From Camelus ferus (Eukaryota), in the NCBI RefSeq assembly GCF_009834535.1, contig NC_045696.1, positions 79,672,001 through 79,736,000 of the forward strand: DNA of 64,000 nucleotides, given 5' to 3'. The stretch's first letter is position 1. Each line of letters opens with the position of its first letter. The notes under the pieces were generated by a model. That model was not told the DNA's origin, did no database searches, and worked only from the letters and a program-made list of their open reading frames with translations. Made by a program: the position numbers and the translations under genes. Positions 25,336 to 38,375 of the stretch are shown here, piece after piece.

Positions 25336-26826
25336 ATGGATCCCTTATTAGAAAACTCATTCAAAGGAGAAACAATCTGCTTCTGTGTCTACTTCTACAA
25401 CTAGAACCAAAGTTCTTAGTCAGGCTAACCTCTTACACACACACTGGCTAGGTACACTGACACATGGGAGCCTCTCAGGCAGAAGAAAACTCTGGTATCC
25501 TATCAAACTGGGATGCTTTAAGTGTTCATTTGGCATGGCATTCACTTGGAAGTAAGATAGCACTGTGACAGAAAAGGATGGAGCAGAAAGAGTGCCTTGT
25601 TAGTGGTTAGTCTCCCCTTTATTTTCCTGGAAAATTCAGTTTCGATGAAAAATTCTTCTACTATCATTCAGCAAAATAAAAGTTCCTTGGTTAACCAGAT
25701 CCATCTTCTTCAGAGGCAGTTTACTGATAATCTATTGTCATTCAAGCACACTGCTTGGGATCTGACCTTCAGCTCCAAGGGGCTTGTCACAATATTCTCA
25801 AATGTATGTATCCTCCCTGTACCAGATCAGTTCCAGCAAATAAAGATTTTGTCCATTTCACGAGTTTTCCACCAGGGATGTTTCTATACTTGTAACACTT
25901 TTGGAAGTTGCCAAGGACGTTTTTGATAGTGACCATTCAGATCAGTACCTCCACTGCCTTCTGTGTTATATACTCTGTGTTGTGTTGTTTGGGGAATACA
26001 AACCCAGTCCATCTCATTCCACATACGTGTATATGAAACACACAGAGTAATCCAAAAATATCAATTTAATTCATGAAATATATAATTTACTGTCTAGCAT
26101 CTCTCATTCAGGTCTGTGATTTAGGAGACACAAAATAACATAAAACCTGGTTATTGCCTTCAATATATAGTCCATCATATGTGCTCTTCCAAAAGTAAAT
26201 TATATTGGGGAAAATTTATTCTTCAAAAGTAACAGTGGACATGCTTTAAATCCACCATGTGCTACAATATGTTTTCAACTTTTGGGTCTCAGAGGAACTA
26301 TGAGTTTTATCCCAAGCTATACATAGGAGAGAGGGAAGATTAGGAACGATGAAACGGCCTGCATAGATGAAAGAAGACTGTATAACCAACATTTTTATTA
26401 GTCCCTTTTCAATATATTTACATAAGGAGGAAAAAACAAAATAAAACAAAAACATTTGAAATAGCACAAAAGCCCTTGGCTTATTAGTTTTTCAGAAGCT
26501 TGTTTTTGTAAATGCCATGGTGTTCTGTTTGGAATAGAGCCCCACACCATCACATTCCATTATAATTAACTGGGCTGCATGTGACTTTTCTACTGATGGG
26601 CTGATTTTGAGATGGAAATTTTGGAGGAATCACATCAAATGCTGGAGAATGCACACACATTTGGTATAAAAGAATTGTAATTAAACTTCAGTCATCCTCT
26701 CCTACAGAGAACATTGAATTAGAGTCAAAATTGGTTTCTATTATGTTTAAGTCTATCAGAGGCACTAGGGGATGATCATTAAGACACTAGAGCAAAGTGA
26801 AATCTGTGGGCAAATGTTCTATTTAT

Positions 26827-26967
26827 TATAAAGTGTGGGTGAATTCAAAGCTGTCCTAGGGTGGGTGCCGAGGGCAGCCTCCTGGCAGGATGTAAATGTT
26901 GTCCACAGCGATTCTCAACAACGTAACGCAGCCACAAGAGGAGGGACTCCGGATTATTTAGGTAAGA
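26827..26967 (+). promoter_or_regulatory. Candidate TATA box + short first exon + 5' splice site
   Basis: TATAAAG at 26827-26833, 6 CpGs in 26869-26979, and AG|GTAAGA with GT at 26962-26963. Not in a recognised repeat. Motif evidence only. Confidence 0.3.
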
Positions 26968-27689
26968 AATTTCTCCACGGAGCAGACAGCTCTCCCTGTA
27001 GAAGAGTCTGTGGAGAATCAGGGAAAAAGAAAAAAGAAAGAAAGAAAGAAAAGGAGGCTCTTTGGATTTGAATTTAAGCTTCTACTATCTTCCTTCTTCC
27101 TACTCAGATTCAGATTAGATATCAAAGTCACCCATATCCTTACAAAAGAGCACCTTCCTTCTTATCCACTCTGAAGCGGAGTTTCTTGGGGAAAAGGAGG
27201 AATGCTACCTTCCTGGCACTGGATTGGGAAGAATAAGTCAATCTTATTGTCACTATGATTCACTCTTGTCAATCATCATCACAAAGCAAAAGCATGAGTT
27301 TAACTCTTCCCCTTTTCAAGCATAACTTTCACCCTGTCCTTTTGTGACTTGTATTATTCTCCAAAGCTCACAATGTCTATTGCAGCATGAGGTACTCTGT
27401 GTATAAGGATCTTATACCAGCACCAAGGTACCATCAATCAATCAGAAAGTAAACAAGCAGGTAAGTAAATAAATAAACAAACAAAACCCCAAAACAAAAC
27501 AGCCTAGCGGTACTGTAAAGAATTGACATTATCCCTAGTATCAAAAATGAAACAGTAGTCTTTGCCTTTATTCCCCTTTCCCCACAAACGAAAATCAATG
27601 GATACCGGTTCTTTCCGTCTAATTTAAGTAATCCCTAGATTTTCTCACATACGCTCCTAAAAAATCTTCTCAATTTCCCAGTCACTTTT

Positions 27690-28020
27690 ATTTTTTCATT
27701 CAACAGATAGATTTTAACATATTGCATAAAAAACACTGTGCAGTAAGATCATGAATAAGTAATGTTCTTTGTCCTTAAGGAGTATATAGTGTGGTGAAGA
27801 CAAATAGACAGTTAATTATAACAGTGTGATCAGGACTATGAAAGAGCTATACAGGAAGAATGGGAGCCCAGGAGAGGGACACCTAACCCAGACTGGCAAG
27901 GGTGGAGGTGACAGGAAAGGAGGAAACTGACATGTGACTGAGTCTTAAAGGACAAAGAGGAATTAGTTAGCCAGGCAAAAGAGAGGAAAGGGTGTCAGAG
28001 AGAGGTAACATACAGCTTTG
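27690..28020 (-). mobile_element. L2 3' end (L2c-like)
   Basis: 'ttcattcaaca...tgtccttaaggagtatatagt...ggagagggacacctaacccagactgg...ctgagtcttaaaggac'. Confidence 0.8.
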
Positions 28021-28110
28021 GTGAGTAAGTTGAATTTTGGGGACCCTAGTTTCTTTACCATAAATATTGGATAATATTCAATAAGCATACACCATTATGT
28101 CTAAACTTGA

Positions 28111-28132
28111 GTGTGTGTGTGTGTGTGTGTGT
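28111..28132. repeat. (GT)11 microsatellite
   Basis: Read directly from the sequence. Confidence 0.98.
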
Positions 28133-28319
28133 CTAGTGTCCATTTTGATTGATATTCTCTCTACCTCCTCAGCTAACCTGATTATATTGGTAAGAAGATC
28201 AATTAGGACACTGTATGTGAACACACAGTGTAACCTACAAAATAGAAGTCTACCAAGATGATGTTGTGGTCTGAATCATGTGTCGGTAAAGGTAAACAGT
28301 GGAAAAACAAGAAGAAAAT

Positions 28320-28555
28320 TAACTTTCGCTGAATTTCTATGAAGCATGGTATGAATTAGATATTAAGATATATATTCCTAATTAATAATGCCAAAAAATA
28401 AATTAAATGGAATATGCTATCACTATTTTGCAAATGACAAAACTGGGACCATAAAATGCAAACATTTTTCCCATGGTAAAACAGTTAGTAAGTGAAAAAA
28501 ACAGGATGTAAAGCCAGTTCTTTCTATGTTCAAGTTCTCTTTCTATATCTCTATG
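28320..28555 (-). mobile_element. MIR SINE (degraded)
   Basis: 'tattttgcaaatgacaaaactgggacc...ttcccatggtaaaacagttagtaagtg...ggatgtaaagccag'. Confidence 0.7.
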
Positions 28556-29339
28556 TAGCAGAAACGAAATGCTATAAGAGCATTTGTCCTCTACCCATAA
28601 TCACAGGTGAATTTGTTCTGGTTCCAAAACAATGAACAGGGCCAAGGACAGGGGCAGAAGTAACTGGACTCTAAGAATCAGGGGATGCTGCTGGGCTTCC
28701 TATAGGCAGTGCCCTCTTTGCTTAAGAAAAGTTTATGCCTAAGGTCACAGTCTCTTCCCCACACCCAAAATCCTTGTTATCAGGCTCATAGAAAATTATG
28801 CAAGAGACTAATATCCAAGGTCACCTTCCACCATCAACACTATACACTGAGAGGTTACTATGTATTTGGCATTAGAAGGATACCAATTAGGAAAGTGGGA
28901 AGAGGAGAGAGAACTTCAAAGAGGATCTGGCATCTGAACTGAATCTTAAAGGATAAGTAAGATTCCAGGCTGAGAGAAAAAAATGTCAAAGCACAGAGGT
29001 GAGAACATTTAGGTTATGCCTGGGAAATAGCAAAAAGTTCAAACTGGTTCAAGAATAAGTCATGGAAAAGAGAACAGAGACATGAGTCTCTCTCTCAGGC
29101 ATCTCCCAGTGCTGCCCCTTCTCTCCATCCCTGCTGCCACTGCCTTTATTAAATGTCAGAACTCTCAACTGAACTATCATAGTAGCTTGTCACTACTCCC
29201 CATGCCTCTCATTTCTCACCCATACCTGAGTAATCTTTTTATAAGTCTGTTCAGTTCACCCTCTCACTTACAAATATTTCAATCTTTTGAAATCTTTTTA
29301 ACTTTTTTACAGGAAAAAAAATTTTAAAAGCCCAAACCC

Positions 29340-29940
29340 AGATAGTCAATAATCCAACATTCACAATATCCAGGATCCAACACACATTTCCTAGACACGT
29401 GAAGAAGCAGGATAGTATGATCCAAAAGCAGGAGAAAAATGAATCAACAGAAACAGACCTAGAAATGACAAAGATGGTGGAACTAGCAGATGATGACTTC
29501 AAAAAAATTTTTATAAATATGGTCAAGGATTAAAAGGAAAGCAGACATGATTATGAAAGAAACAACCTATAAAAGAGAAACAAATGAAACTTTTAAGGCT
29601 GAATATACCTCAAATGAAAAATTTACTAGAGGGGTGAAATAGCATATTAGACAATGCAGAAGCAAATATCAGTTAACTTGTTAATAAGGTAATAAAATAA
29701 TTCAAACTTAAGTAGAAATTGAAGGGGAAAAAAGGCTAAAAAAATGGAGCCTCAGTCTATGGGACAGTATCAAGTGATCTAACAAATATGCAATAAAGAA
29801 AATAAGGCAGAAAATATGTTTAAAGAAATAGTGACTTAAATATTTCGACATTTGATGAAAAGCACCAAATTAATATTCAAGAAGTTCATTGAAGGATAAA
29901 TACAGAAAATCACACCAAGACACATTATAATCAAATTCTA
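29340..29940 (+). mobile_element. Old L1 5'/ORF1 fragment
   Basis: 'gaatcaacagaaacagacctagaaatgacaaagatggtggaactagcaga...gcatattagacaatgcagaag...cacaccaagacacattataatcaaatt'. Confidence 0.85.
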
Positions 29941-29999
29941 AGTTTTTTTTTCTTCCTTTATTTCCTACGTATTTCTGGTGCTTTAGAGCACATTCATAT

Positions 30000-30420
30000 C
30001 CTGATGCAGTGTCTGGCTCTGCAATTCATTGCCACAGTGATAAGTGTTTAGTGGTAATATGACCTGAACCAATTCCTACACCAGGACGGGTAGAAATAAT
30101 AATAACCCCAAATGACAGAAAGCACATAAACAAATTCAACTAAACCCAAACTAAGTGCATCCCAATTCAACTTCTCCTTAACTGATTCCAAAATGCCACT
30201 GGCTACTACTCCAGTGCCACTCAGACACTGGGATGATGTGATGGAGGAAAAGTCAGTATGGAAAGAAACAGTGGTCTTCAGTGATTGCAGTTAGACTATC
30301 TTATTTTTCCAAATCATATAAAAGTATTTGACCATTCAGTATATTACTAGGACTCCTTCAGAACCTTAGACAGGCCTGAGAAGTGAGAGATTTTATTAGC
30401 CTCATGTTAACCCACCTCTG
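30000..30420. mobile_element. hAT-Tip100 relic (MER115-like)
   Basis: Ends 'ttattagcctcatgttaacccacctctg', similar to the MER115/Zaphod terminus. Internal 'cccaattcaacttctccttaactgattccaaaatgccac'. Confidence 0.6.
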
Positions 30421-32001
30421 GTGGCAGATGAGGTGGGGCTCAGGGACAGAGTTGACAGGGAAAGCACCAGAGAACAGACAATGAATTAATTACCAGCTCA
30501 TGTCAACAGAGAACTAATCACAGGACAAACAGCCTTTTTATATAAATATTCAGTCAGATTTATGTCTTGTCATCTGGGGATGGATAAGCATTAATGTAGA
30601 AATGACTATATTACTCCAAACTGGCCAAATTGAGTTTTCTAGTAAGTAAAACTGCTTGCTCAAATGTTAGGCTAAATTTTAATGAAATTTAAAGTTATAT
30701 CCTTGCTCAATTAAAGAAAAGGTAAATATCGTAAGACTGGCCTTGAAAAACTGGAGAAATATTCATTCCTATGAAATAGGAGGGATATATTATCAAATTA
30801 AAAAAAAAAAAAAAAAACAGAAAAAGAGAAGGAGGAGACTTTCCAGATAGTAAAAGCAAGGATATCTGAAAGAAATAATCTTTGTATTAATCCAAAAAGT
30901 TCTTTGACTCCCTTTACTATGCATTCTACCAAGCTGCATTATTGAAGGAAATGCAATTATATATCAAGGGAAAGGACAATATTATTTACCCAGAACTAAA
31001 CTTCATGTATTTAAAAAAAAAGGTGAATTTAATACTTATAAAAATGATATATATTGGCTGAAGCCAGACATAAAAAGAAGAAAAAAAATAGTATGTTAGT
31101 CACCACATCACATTATAAAGATTTCTAAAACTGTCCTCTTGTTTCACTATTCACTTAGGAATTCTTTTATAATAACATACAATTTTATTTATTTTCTACT
31201 ATCTGAAAAAGCTATTAACATTTTCATCATAAGTGAGTCAAATGAAATAAGCTCAATGTGACTTATTCACTTAAATTGCAAAAGTCATCACGTGGCAAAC
31301 ACTTAAAACTAATTGTCAAAATAAAGATAAAAAGTAAAGAGTGATTTAATGTCAGTATCATACCATAAGTAACAGCATATAATTTCAGCTGTCTTTGATG
31401 AACCTAAGAAAAACATTCTGAAAATAAAGTAGAAAAAGATACTGCAGAGACAACTAGCTTTATAATTATGAGTTTTGCTTTGATGTAGGTATGTTTCTAA
31501 ATTTTCCTATTCATAGTACGACTGATAAAAGAGAATGTTTTCCTCACTTATGCCATAACTTAGGCCACAGAGCTGAATTGTAAACAAAACTTACTTATAA
31601 ACGGCTTTTGTTATCATAGGTGTCATTATGTCACTAAATAAATACAACTTGGGTGGCATCCAAGACTCACCCACCCAGTCTTAACCACTCCGTAAACCAA
31701 ACTTTCTATTATGAAACCAAAAGGTACACCAATCTCCAACTTGCCATTAAGTTGTGTTCTAAAACACGTTTTGTAGGTGATTATTTGAATGCATTTTGTC
31801 AGCCTCACAGTGACTTCCAAGGTGATACATTCTCAGCTCAACTAGAGAAATATATTTAATCCACAATATACTAGAATTATAGAACAAATTTTATGAAGTA
31901 TGTGTAACAAGAATTCTCTGGAAACTACAGATACTGATTTTTCAAGAAATGCCAGGAACACACCTCATGTTTGTTGCAGCGGGATAGAAGTTTTCCTTCC
32001 A

Positions 32002-32070
32002 GCTCCATCTGGCGGTTAGAACGGAGACTCTATCAGGTTAAGCTGATGCAGGAATTATGGGAGCGGAAGT
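32002..32070. promoter_or_regulatory. Candidate CTCF site (minus strand) and ETS site
   Basis: CCGCCAGATGGAGC on the minus strand at 32002-32015 matches 13/14 of CCRSYAGRKGGCRS. AGCGGAAGT at 32062-32070. Confidence 0.35.
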
Positions 32071-33281
32071 TGAGGAAGAAAAGTTGGAAGGGACCACTGC
32101 TAACTAAGGACAGAGGCCTAATGGTGTTACGGTGTCTTGGAAGCACCCCGATTGCCATTTGCCACAAATCTTTTTTGTTTTTTCTCTAAACAGCCCCAAT
32201 GATGGGTTAAGCTGTGCCACTGCTCTTAACACTGCCTTTGGATTCTGACTCCAATTTGTTCCCCCTCAAGAACACTGAGAAACACAGTAGTATGGTTTTG
32301 AATCTTTTCTCCTATTTGACTTTTCCTACAATAAACTCAAAAGGATTTTCCAAGATGTTTTGTTTTCTTTAAGTTTTGTCCACTCAAATCAATTTTTATT
32401 GAAAGTACAACACAAAAACAAAGTCCTATTATGAGCTTCTCAGTATTTGCCTTTTCATACAGACTCAGTCCTTTTCACACATGGTGTCAGAGCAAGCTTG
32501 TTTATCAGAATCAGCTATGAGTGATGGAACAAATAGTTATGATGAATGACATTAAATTATCACTGTTTCTATATACTTTTTAAGAATAAATTATAATGAA
32601 TTTAAGGTTAGTCCTCTAATAAATGTCTTTTTCCTGCAGTCTGATGTATTTTTGTAAAGTGGGAAAGAAAGTAATGGGATCACATGTATGAAAATTGGGA
32701 ACTGAACAGTGCCAACAATCTATTTCATCAATGCCAACATGGGACATATGTCCTGAGTGACAACGTGTGAAAAACGTTAAGAAACACCTCTGTAGAAAAC
32801 AGGGAATCTCCGAAGACAGAAAAGACTAAGAAAAAGTTCTTCCGAGTTTAATAGAAGTACCAGGTTCCTTGCTTCCTTGGCCATTTGACCAGATACCTTG
32901 AGGTAAAGCCTGAGGAAATGCACTAATCGGCAGGTGCCCCAGGCTCAGCACTGGGGTGGGGAAGCAGGAGAAATGGGGAAGCAAGTCTTATTCTTTCACT
33001 TCACTCTGAAGTCCTGCCTCCTTGAAGTTTCCCTTAGATCATACCAGAAGCAGGAGGAGAAGCTGGATCCACCTCTTTCCCAATAATCATTAAGAGCTAG
33101 GATGGTTCTTCAAGTAAATAGAGAAAGGAAATAAAGAGAAGAAGCATGAAGTGATGTTAAAGGATCTTCCTATGTTCCCACAAGTATGGGAGGGGTATAA
33201 AATTTACAGCCTACTTTTTTTTTTTTATCACATGCTATATCGAGAGTTACCTTAACGGGTCAGCTGGAGAGTCGTACAATG

Positions 33282-33507
33282 CACAGATTAGCCAACTTTT
33301 TCTGCAAAGAGGCCATACAGTAAATATTTTACAGTTACAGATCGTATGGCCTTTGTTACAACTACCCAATTCTGCCATTGTACTGAGAAAGCAGCCTTAG
33401 ACAATATGTGAATGAGTAAGTGTGACTGAGTTCTAATGAAACTTACTTATAAAGAAACAGGAAATGGGCCTGATTTGAACTGAAGGTCAAAGTTGGTTGA
33501 ATCCTTA
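33282..33507 (+). mobile_element. MER58A (hAT-Charlie) nested in a MIR remnant
   Basis: 'agtaaatatttta...caactacccaattctgccattgtactgagaaagcagccttagacaatatgtgaatgag'. Degenerate 8-bp TSD gtacaatg/ctataatg. MIR-like sequence resumes at 33516-33650. Confidence 0.88.
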
Positions 33508-33654
33508 CTATAATGGATGAAGCATTGGCTTTAGTTTAGCTGCTACCAAATGCATTCTGTAACCTGAGTGTTTGCTCAATGCTCTTCAAAGTTTCTTTTT
33601 CCTCAGGCCCCTCATTCGTGAAATGAGAGTTTAACTAGCTCTGTAATACTGTAT

Positions 33655-33815
33655 GCATACATTTTATTTATGTATATATATACACACACACACTATATAG
33701 AATATATATACACTATATATATTTCATATATATACTTACAGAATGTATATAGTATATATTATATACAGATACATATGCTTATAGAATATATATAATACAT
33801 TTATATTGTATTTAT
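33655..33815. repeat. AT-rich low-complexity / degenerate (TA)n tract
   Basis: Read directly: tatatatatacacacacacactatatagaatatatata... Confidence 0.85.
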
Positions 33816-34181
33816 TAGGGTAAATATTGTAATAGACCAACCCTGACTCTCAGTGACACAACAAAATGAAAGTTTATTTCTCACTCCTGTGAAGTCCAAA
33901 TCTGATGCTCCTGGTGTGTGGCTCTTTGGGCAGCCCATCTACTAGCTGCTATTCAAGGACCCAAGATTTCATTGTTTGGCTCCACAGAACAGAACACTGA
34001 GGATCACATATTTCATGCTTACCTCTCTCAGCCTGGAGGTGCACACAATTTATTGGTCACAGGGATGGAAGGGAAAGAGGCTGAGAAATAGTCCTTTAAG
34101 GGGCAGCCATTACCCAGCAACAACTCCACAGTCGGGCATGATGAACACATTGTTAGTGGTCAACCAGCAGTATCTGGCACA
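33815..34181 (-). mobile_element. MaLR LTR (MLT1K-like)
   Basis: 'tctcagtgacacaacaaaatgaaagtttatttctcactc...ggctgagaaatagtc...tggtcaaccagcagtatctggcaca'. Confidence 0.75.
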
Positions 34182-34954
34182 ATTACAGGTATAAAATGAA
34201 AAAATGTGTGCATGCGTGCATTTGTGTGTGTCCTACAAAAATATTCATTATGAGTATTTGCAGTTATTTTCCAAAGGTGTTAGGTTAAGGTCCCTGTGGA
34301 AATTGGATAAGAGTGAATAAATATATTTATTTTATTAATGAAGTAACAGACACATCAAAAATTTGACCGATTGCTTATATTTGCCACAGTAAATCAGTAG
34401 TAAAATTCAGGTTCAGGTATAAATCCACGAACTCAGAGTTTTCTTTGATTGTTTTTTATGAACTCATATGTTTAATGAATTCAAATTTCCACAAGCAGCT
34501 GGTGTTCACACCTATAAATGTATAACAATAACTGTTTCCTCCATAGTCCAAATGCAATTCTAGTTAGGCAAAGAAAGTTTCAGAGTCTGGAGATAAGCCA
34601 AAGCAAAAGAATTAAGCATAGTTAAGCAGATTTTCAAACACAGAAAGCAGTAGAATTTCTTCTTAGGGATTCATAATTATAAAGAGATCATTAGAAGAAG
34701 ATTTAAAGTGGTAGTGCTCCCTTGCCTTTGAAGCTGCAAAGCCATGTATCTTTGATGCTTACGCTGCCCCTTATGCTCAGCCACTACAATTAGTTTTAAG
34801 CACTATTACAAACTAAGGGAAGCTGTTTATTCAACTGTTCACTCTCTGAATACTGAACACAGCACACACTCCTTTGTTAACAAAGTAATTATTGAAGAGG
34901 GAGATTATTATCAGCGTAGGCTACCAAACAAATAAAACAAGTCTTTGAAGAGAA

Positions 34955-35570
34955 TTAATTCACTCAATGTATGTTTAGTGCTTCTATATACCAAAAATGG
35001 TATTGGGACAGCGTATGCCATGGCAACTGAAACCAACCCATAAGCTCCGCCTTCATAGAGCTTAGTGTCTAGTATGGAAGAAGAAAATAAACAAGGAAAG
35101 AGACAGCTACAGAATCCAAAATGCTAAGCATAAGAAGGAAACAGAAAATACTACATGAAGGACAATCCACTTATAAAGGGTGTACAGGAACAGTCTGAAA
35201 GACATTTAACCTGAGACTTAAGGAAGAAAAGAAGCAGCCGCTGAAGCCCCAGGGGAAGAGAATTCCACTAAAAAAAAAAAAAAAACAAAACAGCAAGTGG
35301 AAAAGATCTAAAGCAGGAAAAGTCTTTGAAAACAGAAATAAGACCAGAGTGGCTCCACTTGGTGAGCTGGGATGATTAGCACCCTAGGAGGTGAGCAGGG
35401 GCCAGGGCAAGGAAGGTCTTCAGGCTGAAGCATGTACTCAGAATTTTATTCTCAGCTGCATGGGAAACCACAAAAGGTTATACAGCAGAGCCAGATTTCT
35501 ACCTGATTCATAAAAGATCATTTGGGCTGTTGAGTAGGGAACATATTAGGGCTTGGGCAGGAGAAGAGAG
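34955..35570 (-). mobile_element. L2 (L2a/b-like) 3' region
   Basis: 'ttcactcaatgtatgtttagtgcttctatatacca...gccttcatagagcttagtgtctagt...gacatttaacctgagact...aaaagatcatttgggctg'. Confidence 0.85.
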
Positions 35571-35934
35571 GGAGGAAAAAAAGAGGGACCCAAGAGCAAA
35601 AATCGATAAAACAAAAATCCCAGAATGAACTTTCATTTTTCCTCTCTATTAAAAATGGGTAAGTCTTAATTTCTCCTGATTTGGGACTAAACAGTTACTT
35701 AAATGAAAACCAATGAGTTAAGTTTAAAAGTTGAAGAAAATGTTTATGCAAAATATAGTATACATAAAACTTTATTTGAAGGTATTCATCTATTTCTGTA
35801 AGGATATGTAAACTATAAGCTTTTGATATTTCATATTCCCTTGCACACACCCATCTTATACACACACACAACATACACACACATACTGCACAATTTAAAA
35901 CTGTGTGTGATATATCTGAGGAGAATTCTTAGAA

Positions 35935-36473
35935 TGGTAGTTCCCAAAATTGAGGAACAGAAACTATACTGGTGGTAGAGACATGGTTTTAGGTAACATT
36001 GGACATGATATGTGATAAAAGGACATAGTAAAAATAGTATTAATTCAGATAGCAGGAACCTCACTTCCTTTTCTTTCAACCTAATAATGTGAAAGAAATC
36101 TCAGTTTAAGGCTAACATTTATTTAATATCGCTCTAATTTGAGCTAATCTTTATTTTTTCATGAGAATTTTATCTTAAGCTCCCATACTTTAGCAGACAA
36201 TGATACTTAGCTAGAATTTAATGATTTTTGTTTGCTTCTGTGTAATTTGTTGTTACAGTAAGCTATCTATGAAAAACATATTTCTTTTATATTTTAGTGA
36301 TAGGATAAAGATTCCTCAAATATAAGTAAAATTTTGTATTCCTTAAATGTAAGTAAAAATGTAAGTAAAAATTTGAATTGGTTTCAAGAAAAAATACTAA
36401 AAATTAGTGGTTTCCAACACTTTGCAAAAATCATAAAAGTAGTTCATAAATGACCGAAGTTTGGGAAACACTG
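35935..36473 (-). mobile_element. hAT-Charlie element (MER113-like)
   Basis: Terminus 'gcaaaaatcataaaagtagttcataaatgaccgaagtttgggaaacactg'. Opposite end 'ggtagttcccaaa' is a degenerate TIR. Confidence 0.65.
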
Positions 36474-37254
36474 ATTTAGAATAAAGTTTGTTTCAAAGAC
36501 AATAAGTAAGCCAAAAAGTAATAAATATAATAAAACTATCTACACAAAAGACTAGAAAAAATTTCCAGAATATTACTGACATCTCAGTGGGTTTTGTAAT
36601 TGTTAACAAGCCCAGTGAGGATCAGATTAAAGTGGCAACATCCAAAAAGGCAATACATGTTAACATCCAGCCTCCACTATCAGACAAGGAGTTATCAAAG
36701 TAATGATGAAGATGACAATCTTATTCAACTTGTTATGACCTCTGTGGAAAGAATAAGGAATAAATTAGCAATATATACATATAGATATACACACACACAT
36801 ATATAACATATGTATATATATAAGACTTATGAATGGGAAATTGCTTTGCAGATATTTCTTTACAACCAAGGAAAAGGCAATTTCAAAAACACCAGCTAAC
36901 TCTATAGTAGCCCCATTGAGGTGTGGATGATTAAATCTTTATATAATATCAGATATTTTATTGACTTGGAAATAAAAAGTAATGTATTTCCTAAAAGTAA
37001 TTCGAAATCTTCAAGATTATTACGTAAGACAAATTTTATTTGGACTCTTCTGTAAGGCCTTGCTATTTATTAAACATAGTTATCCCAGAAGAAAATTTAA
37101 TTTTATGTGAAACAAAAACATGTCAAACTTAATATTACATAAAATAAATCATTATTTTTATCTCCTATTTCCTCAGACATTTATTTTCCTGAAAATACAG
37201 CAAGACAAGGTCATCTCCTAAGAGCCCTTCTAGCTCTGTTATTCACTTTTTAGT

Positions 37255-37395
37255 TCTATTCATTCATTCACTTATTTTTTTCAGCAAACATTAAGTCATT
37301 ATTTTATACTCATCATAATGCTTCATGTTGAAGATAAAATGTGGATAAAATGTATCCTTGCCCCCCAAAGAGTTTAGAGTCTAATAAAAGGAAAG
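37255..37395 (-). mobile_element. L2 3' terminus
   Basis: 'attcattcattcacttatt...cagcaaacatt...ccttgccccccaaagagtttagagtcta'. Confidence 0.75.
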
Positions 37396-38019
37396 AACCA
37401 TATGAACTACTAAGATGAAGTACCAGAAACTTTACAAGATGGTTCTTAAAGTTCTAGTTAAAGTCTCTCTCCACTTAGAACATGCTCTCCAGTAACTGCC
37501 CCCAATGTTGTCATAGATGACCCTGGATGGGGAAGGTCCTTACAATGAACCAAACTAGCTGATTCAGCAACTCAATCCTTTCTAGGGCAGTGATTCCTTG
37601 TTACTCCTTCCTAGAAGGATACTGTCTATTATATCATTATCTGAGATGAGCCTGTGTTTTTTTTTTTCATTACCACTTTTATTGCAGTAATTATATTCAT
37701 TTTTCCATCATTTTACGTATAGTACTTGGAGAATAAATACATTTACCAATTACCGATATTAGAAAATCATGAGGATCTAAAATTAGAATTGACTTGGAAA
37801 ACTTATATATTACACAGAGATCTGAACATATCATTAGATGAGACTTCAGTTGCCTCCTGTTTTGGACAAAGTGAGGATATTTAATATAGACATGAACATT
37901 TTGAGAGCATAACTAAGACAGATGGATAAGTATAGTAAATATGGAACAGGAAATTGGTCAGGTAGGCAATGGAAATATATTATTTTTAGATACCAAAAAA
38001 CTTTCTATATTTTAATCTC

Positions 38020-38375
38020 TGTCACTCTCAGTCTATATTCTCCTGATGGAGTTAAGTCGGCCCCCATTCACTGGTTCAAACACCTGACTTAGTTATAATT
38101 CACTCAGGACATTACATTTGCTTAATGTTTATGATTAGGTAAGAATGTAACCCTAGTGAAGCCAACAAATCTCAGGACTTTAGTGAAAACTACTTAAAGA
38201 GACTTGGATTATTTTCCAACAGGCACAAAGTTATGAAAAAAATGTAAGCAATGGCAGTACAGCAGCCATTCTGTGACAATAATGAAAAAGCATGTCAGAG
38301 AATTAAGTCGATGTGGGAACAAAAACAAAGCTAAACTGTTCCAAGAAATGGAGAGAACTGAGCCCCAGTGGCAAA
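38020..38375 (+). mobile_element. Old MaLR LTR fragment (MLT1K/L-like)
   Basis: 'gcagccattctgtgacaat...agagaattaagtcgatgtggg...agaaatggagagaactgagcccc'. Weak match. Confidence 0.5.

Noticed and set aside
25597..25926. 109-aa ORF in unique sequence, considered as an exon or processed pseudogene
   Set aside because: It has a non-ATG start, I recognise no protein in the frames I translated on either strand, and there are no convincing splice sites, poly(A) tail or TSD.
26840..27060. Minus-strand acceptor (pyrimidine tract + CAG near 27009) as a coding exon
   Set aside because: The tract is a (GAAA)n-type simple repeat, all three frames stop within ~55 codons, and no donor is evident.
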